A DNA stretch of 64,000 nt, taken from contig JAHLWZ010000626.1 of assembly GCA_020536535.1 (NCBI GenBank), positions 1 to 64,000 of the forward strand, in the 5' to 3' direction. Origin of the DNA: Pelomyxa schiedti (lineage: Eukaryota; Protista; Evosea). The translations under genes and the position numbers were made by a program. Below the pieces are notes generated by a model. It searched no databases. It was not told the DNA's origin and saw nothing but the letters and a program-made list of their open reading frames with translations. Positions 62,001 to 64,000 of the stretch are shown piece after piece (the stretch's first letter is position 1; each line of letters starts with the position of its first letter).

Positions 62001-62546
62001 TCGCACAACAACAGTTTCGTTCTGGACCGGCGCCGGCGCCGAGCCCCGCATCCTCCCACAGAGGGCAGCCCCTTACAAGAAGGAGGCCCTCCCACCACCC
62101 ACAGCGACAGCGACTACTCCCCAACAAATTCGGCAACGCCCGACCCCGGGCCGCCGTCGCCGTCGCCGTCGTCGCCCGTCGTCCCACAATTCGGCGGCGT
62201 AAACAGCAACTACTACCTGGTCAACCCGCCGCTGCCGCCGTACAAGGCCACGGCCACGTTCTCGTCCATACGGCAGAAGGTCAACCAGATACGCAAGACG
62301 TGCATGGCCCCTGGCTTCTTCTCGTCGCGCAAGCAGGCCAGCGTCGTGCAAATAGTGCAGAACCTAGTGGTGCCGTTCGACCAGGACCAGGAGCTGGCGC
62401 CGCACCTCCAGCTGCACCTTCAGAGCATAAACGACGGCACGCCATCAACCCCCCCGCACACTCCGGGGCACTTGAATCGGAAGCGCCACTCCCACTCGCC
62501 CTCACCATCCCCCGGCCCGCTGAGGAAGCCGAGGGATGATACATAA
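59053..62546 (+). CDS. TBC-domain RabGAP (TBC1D8/9-like, with probable GRAM-like N-terminal regions)
   Basis: ELVHQGIPNMLR|GTIW; EIDR|DINRSMPDHPYY; NPSIGYCQAM|N; DYFTPSMIG; KWFMCLY; LFRVAL. Confidence 0.9.
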
Positions 62547-62696
62547 ACCATGGAAGGAAGGGTGGAATGAGCGAGCGAGTGGGTGTGTGTGGTGAGTGTG
62601 TTGACTCGAGTCCTGTGGCTGGAAGCTGAAATTATGCCGCTACTAACAGAGGGCAACAGCAAAAAAAAAAAAAACAAAAGAAATGTGTCGATAACA

Positions 62697-63458
62697 TTAA
62701 GTTGTCTTGTAATAATAGTTCAGAATACAACTATCACACATGTCCCACCTGTTTGCATCGAAAAAAAAAAAAGAAAGAGAGGTTGTGTTAGGTGAAGTGA
62801 AAGCCCAATGTCAGCGAGGAACCTGCAAACGGAACAATGTGCAACTTTAGTTTCAGGTCTTTCCCTCTTTGATACATTGCAGACTAAACACCGGAAACTG
62901 CGCAAAACATGGGTCAGGGTGTATGAAAAAAAAAGAAAACAAAAACGCACCCTTGTTGGTACTGTCCAGACTCCCTTGTCAGGGACTGAAGCGTCATGGC
63001 CTTTAGAGGGTGACCTTGTGAGCAACTGGGAGGTACGGCGATTGTGAGGGGAACGTCCCGTATCTGTCTAATTACGCACAGCTCACACAAATCATAGCTT
63101 TTTTTTTTGAATCGAATGTTAGTACCACCCCCTCAGAAAAGTTTATGTAAAAGCTGAACGTATGGGAGTCAATATACCAGCAAAGAGGGCAATTGTGTGA
63201 AAACAGTGGTTGTGCTCCAAAGTGATAGGTGCCCATACAAAGGTTGCACATAAACCTATTTCGAGGGGAAAAAAAAAATCAGTTCAAGCCGTCAATGGCA
63301 CAAGTGTGAAATGTTGCGGGTCCAAAGGAAATTAAAAAAAAAAAAGCAAATGCAAAAGCAAACCCTTTGTCGTAGTCTTTGTGGATTACTTCCAGTTCAG
63401 GCTTTCCCATCTTCAAAAGTTTATGGCCCTTGTCGCACAACAAACCAAACCGCGGCAT
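62697..63458 (-). CDS. Small protein with two ZZ-like Cys/His zinc-finger repeats, multi-exon
   Basis: Two units of C.xGH.L...F.CxxC...H.CxxC|.DLC/DMCxxC. Confidence 0.6.
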
Positions 63459-63678
63459 CTTCCCACTGGCCCTTTTTTTCTTTTTTTCGCTGCGAGATCT
63501 CACGCTTCTTCGAAATGGCGAAAAAGCAAGAAGCATGGCGGTGCGATTTTAATTTGGAGAGACGAGGGCCAAAGGGCTATTTCCCCTGAGAGGCGGGGTG
63601 AATATTATATCCTTATGCTATTATGTGATCTGACAGATTCGCTTTGCAGAGGTGGGTGCGGTGATTTGACTCCCACAC

Positions 63679-64000
63679 TCACAGGGCAGTTACTTGAGAC
63701 AAGGTGGATATTGGGGTGGAGCACAAGGGGCACAGCCTCTGGCTCGCGGTGCTGTTGATGAGGCCCACGGCGCAGCGCTCGCAGGTGGCCTGGTGCCCGC
63801 ACGGCAGCAGCATAGCCGACACCAGCCGCTCCGAGCACACCACGCACGACCCGGGCAGCCTCAGCCCCGCCGCCATCTCCTTCTTCTGCTGCCGTTTCCT
63901 AAGCGGCCTCGGCTGCTGTTGCTGCTGCTGCTGCTGCCTCGACGCGGTTGATGAGGCCGAGGCCGATGCGGATGAGGATGAGGAGGTGATTGTTGATGCT
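63679..64000 (-). CDS. C-terminal C3HC4 RING finger of a protein running off the window edge
   Basis: CVVCSERLVSAMLLPCGHQATCERCA...CPLCSTPI. Confidence 0.85.
   Translation of the reverse strand, partial: ASTITSSSSSASASASSTASRQQQQQQQQPRPLRKRQQKKEMAAGLRLPGSCVVCSERLVSAMLLPCGHQATCERCAVGLINSTASQRLCPLCSTPISTLSQVTAL

Overview
This is eukaryotic genomic DNA, gene-dense and very rich in short introns (mostly ~40-70 nt, GT-AG plus several GC-AG, with microexons). It is probably from an amoebozoan. Entamoeba-type transmembrane kinases and the gene style suggest an archamoeba such as Pelomyxa, but that is inference. About 25 protein genes are recognisable once introns are spliced by eye. They include RING proteins, a YisB-like HNH protein, an importin-beta-like protein, a GxGYxYP glycoside hydrolase, NADAR, myotubularin, a degenerate Ras-family protein, a large-subunit catalase, a LamG protein, several kinases, a sirtuin, a tandem DH-PH RhoGEF, a scramblase, a temptin-FN3-ferric reductase fusion and a TBC protein. 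The most striking unexplained signal is non-coding. Two diverged ~290-nt copies (19270-19560 and 21038-21332) fold into the same structure with multiple compensatory base changes and end in a T-run. Both sit 62-63 nt downstream of an ACCCATA motif resembling the Dictyostelium ncRNA upstream element (DUSE). The same extended motif occurs a third time (25732), upstream of a box C/D snoRNA-like sequence. Together these point to a shared ncRNA promoter and an RNA family I cannot match to a known class. Two 100-N gaps flanked by exact 121-bp duplications look like assembly artefacts. Exon boundaries and folds were worked out by eye.
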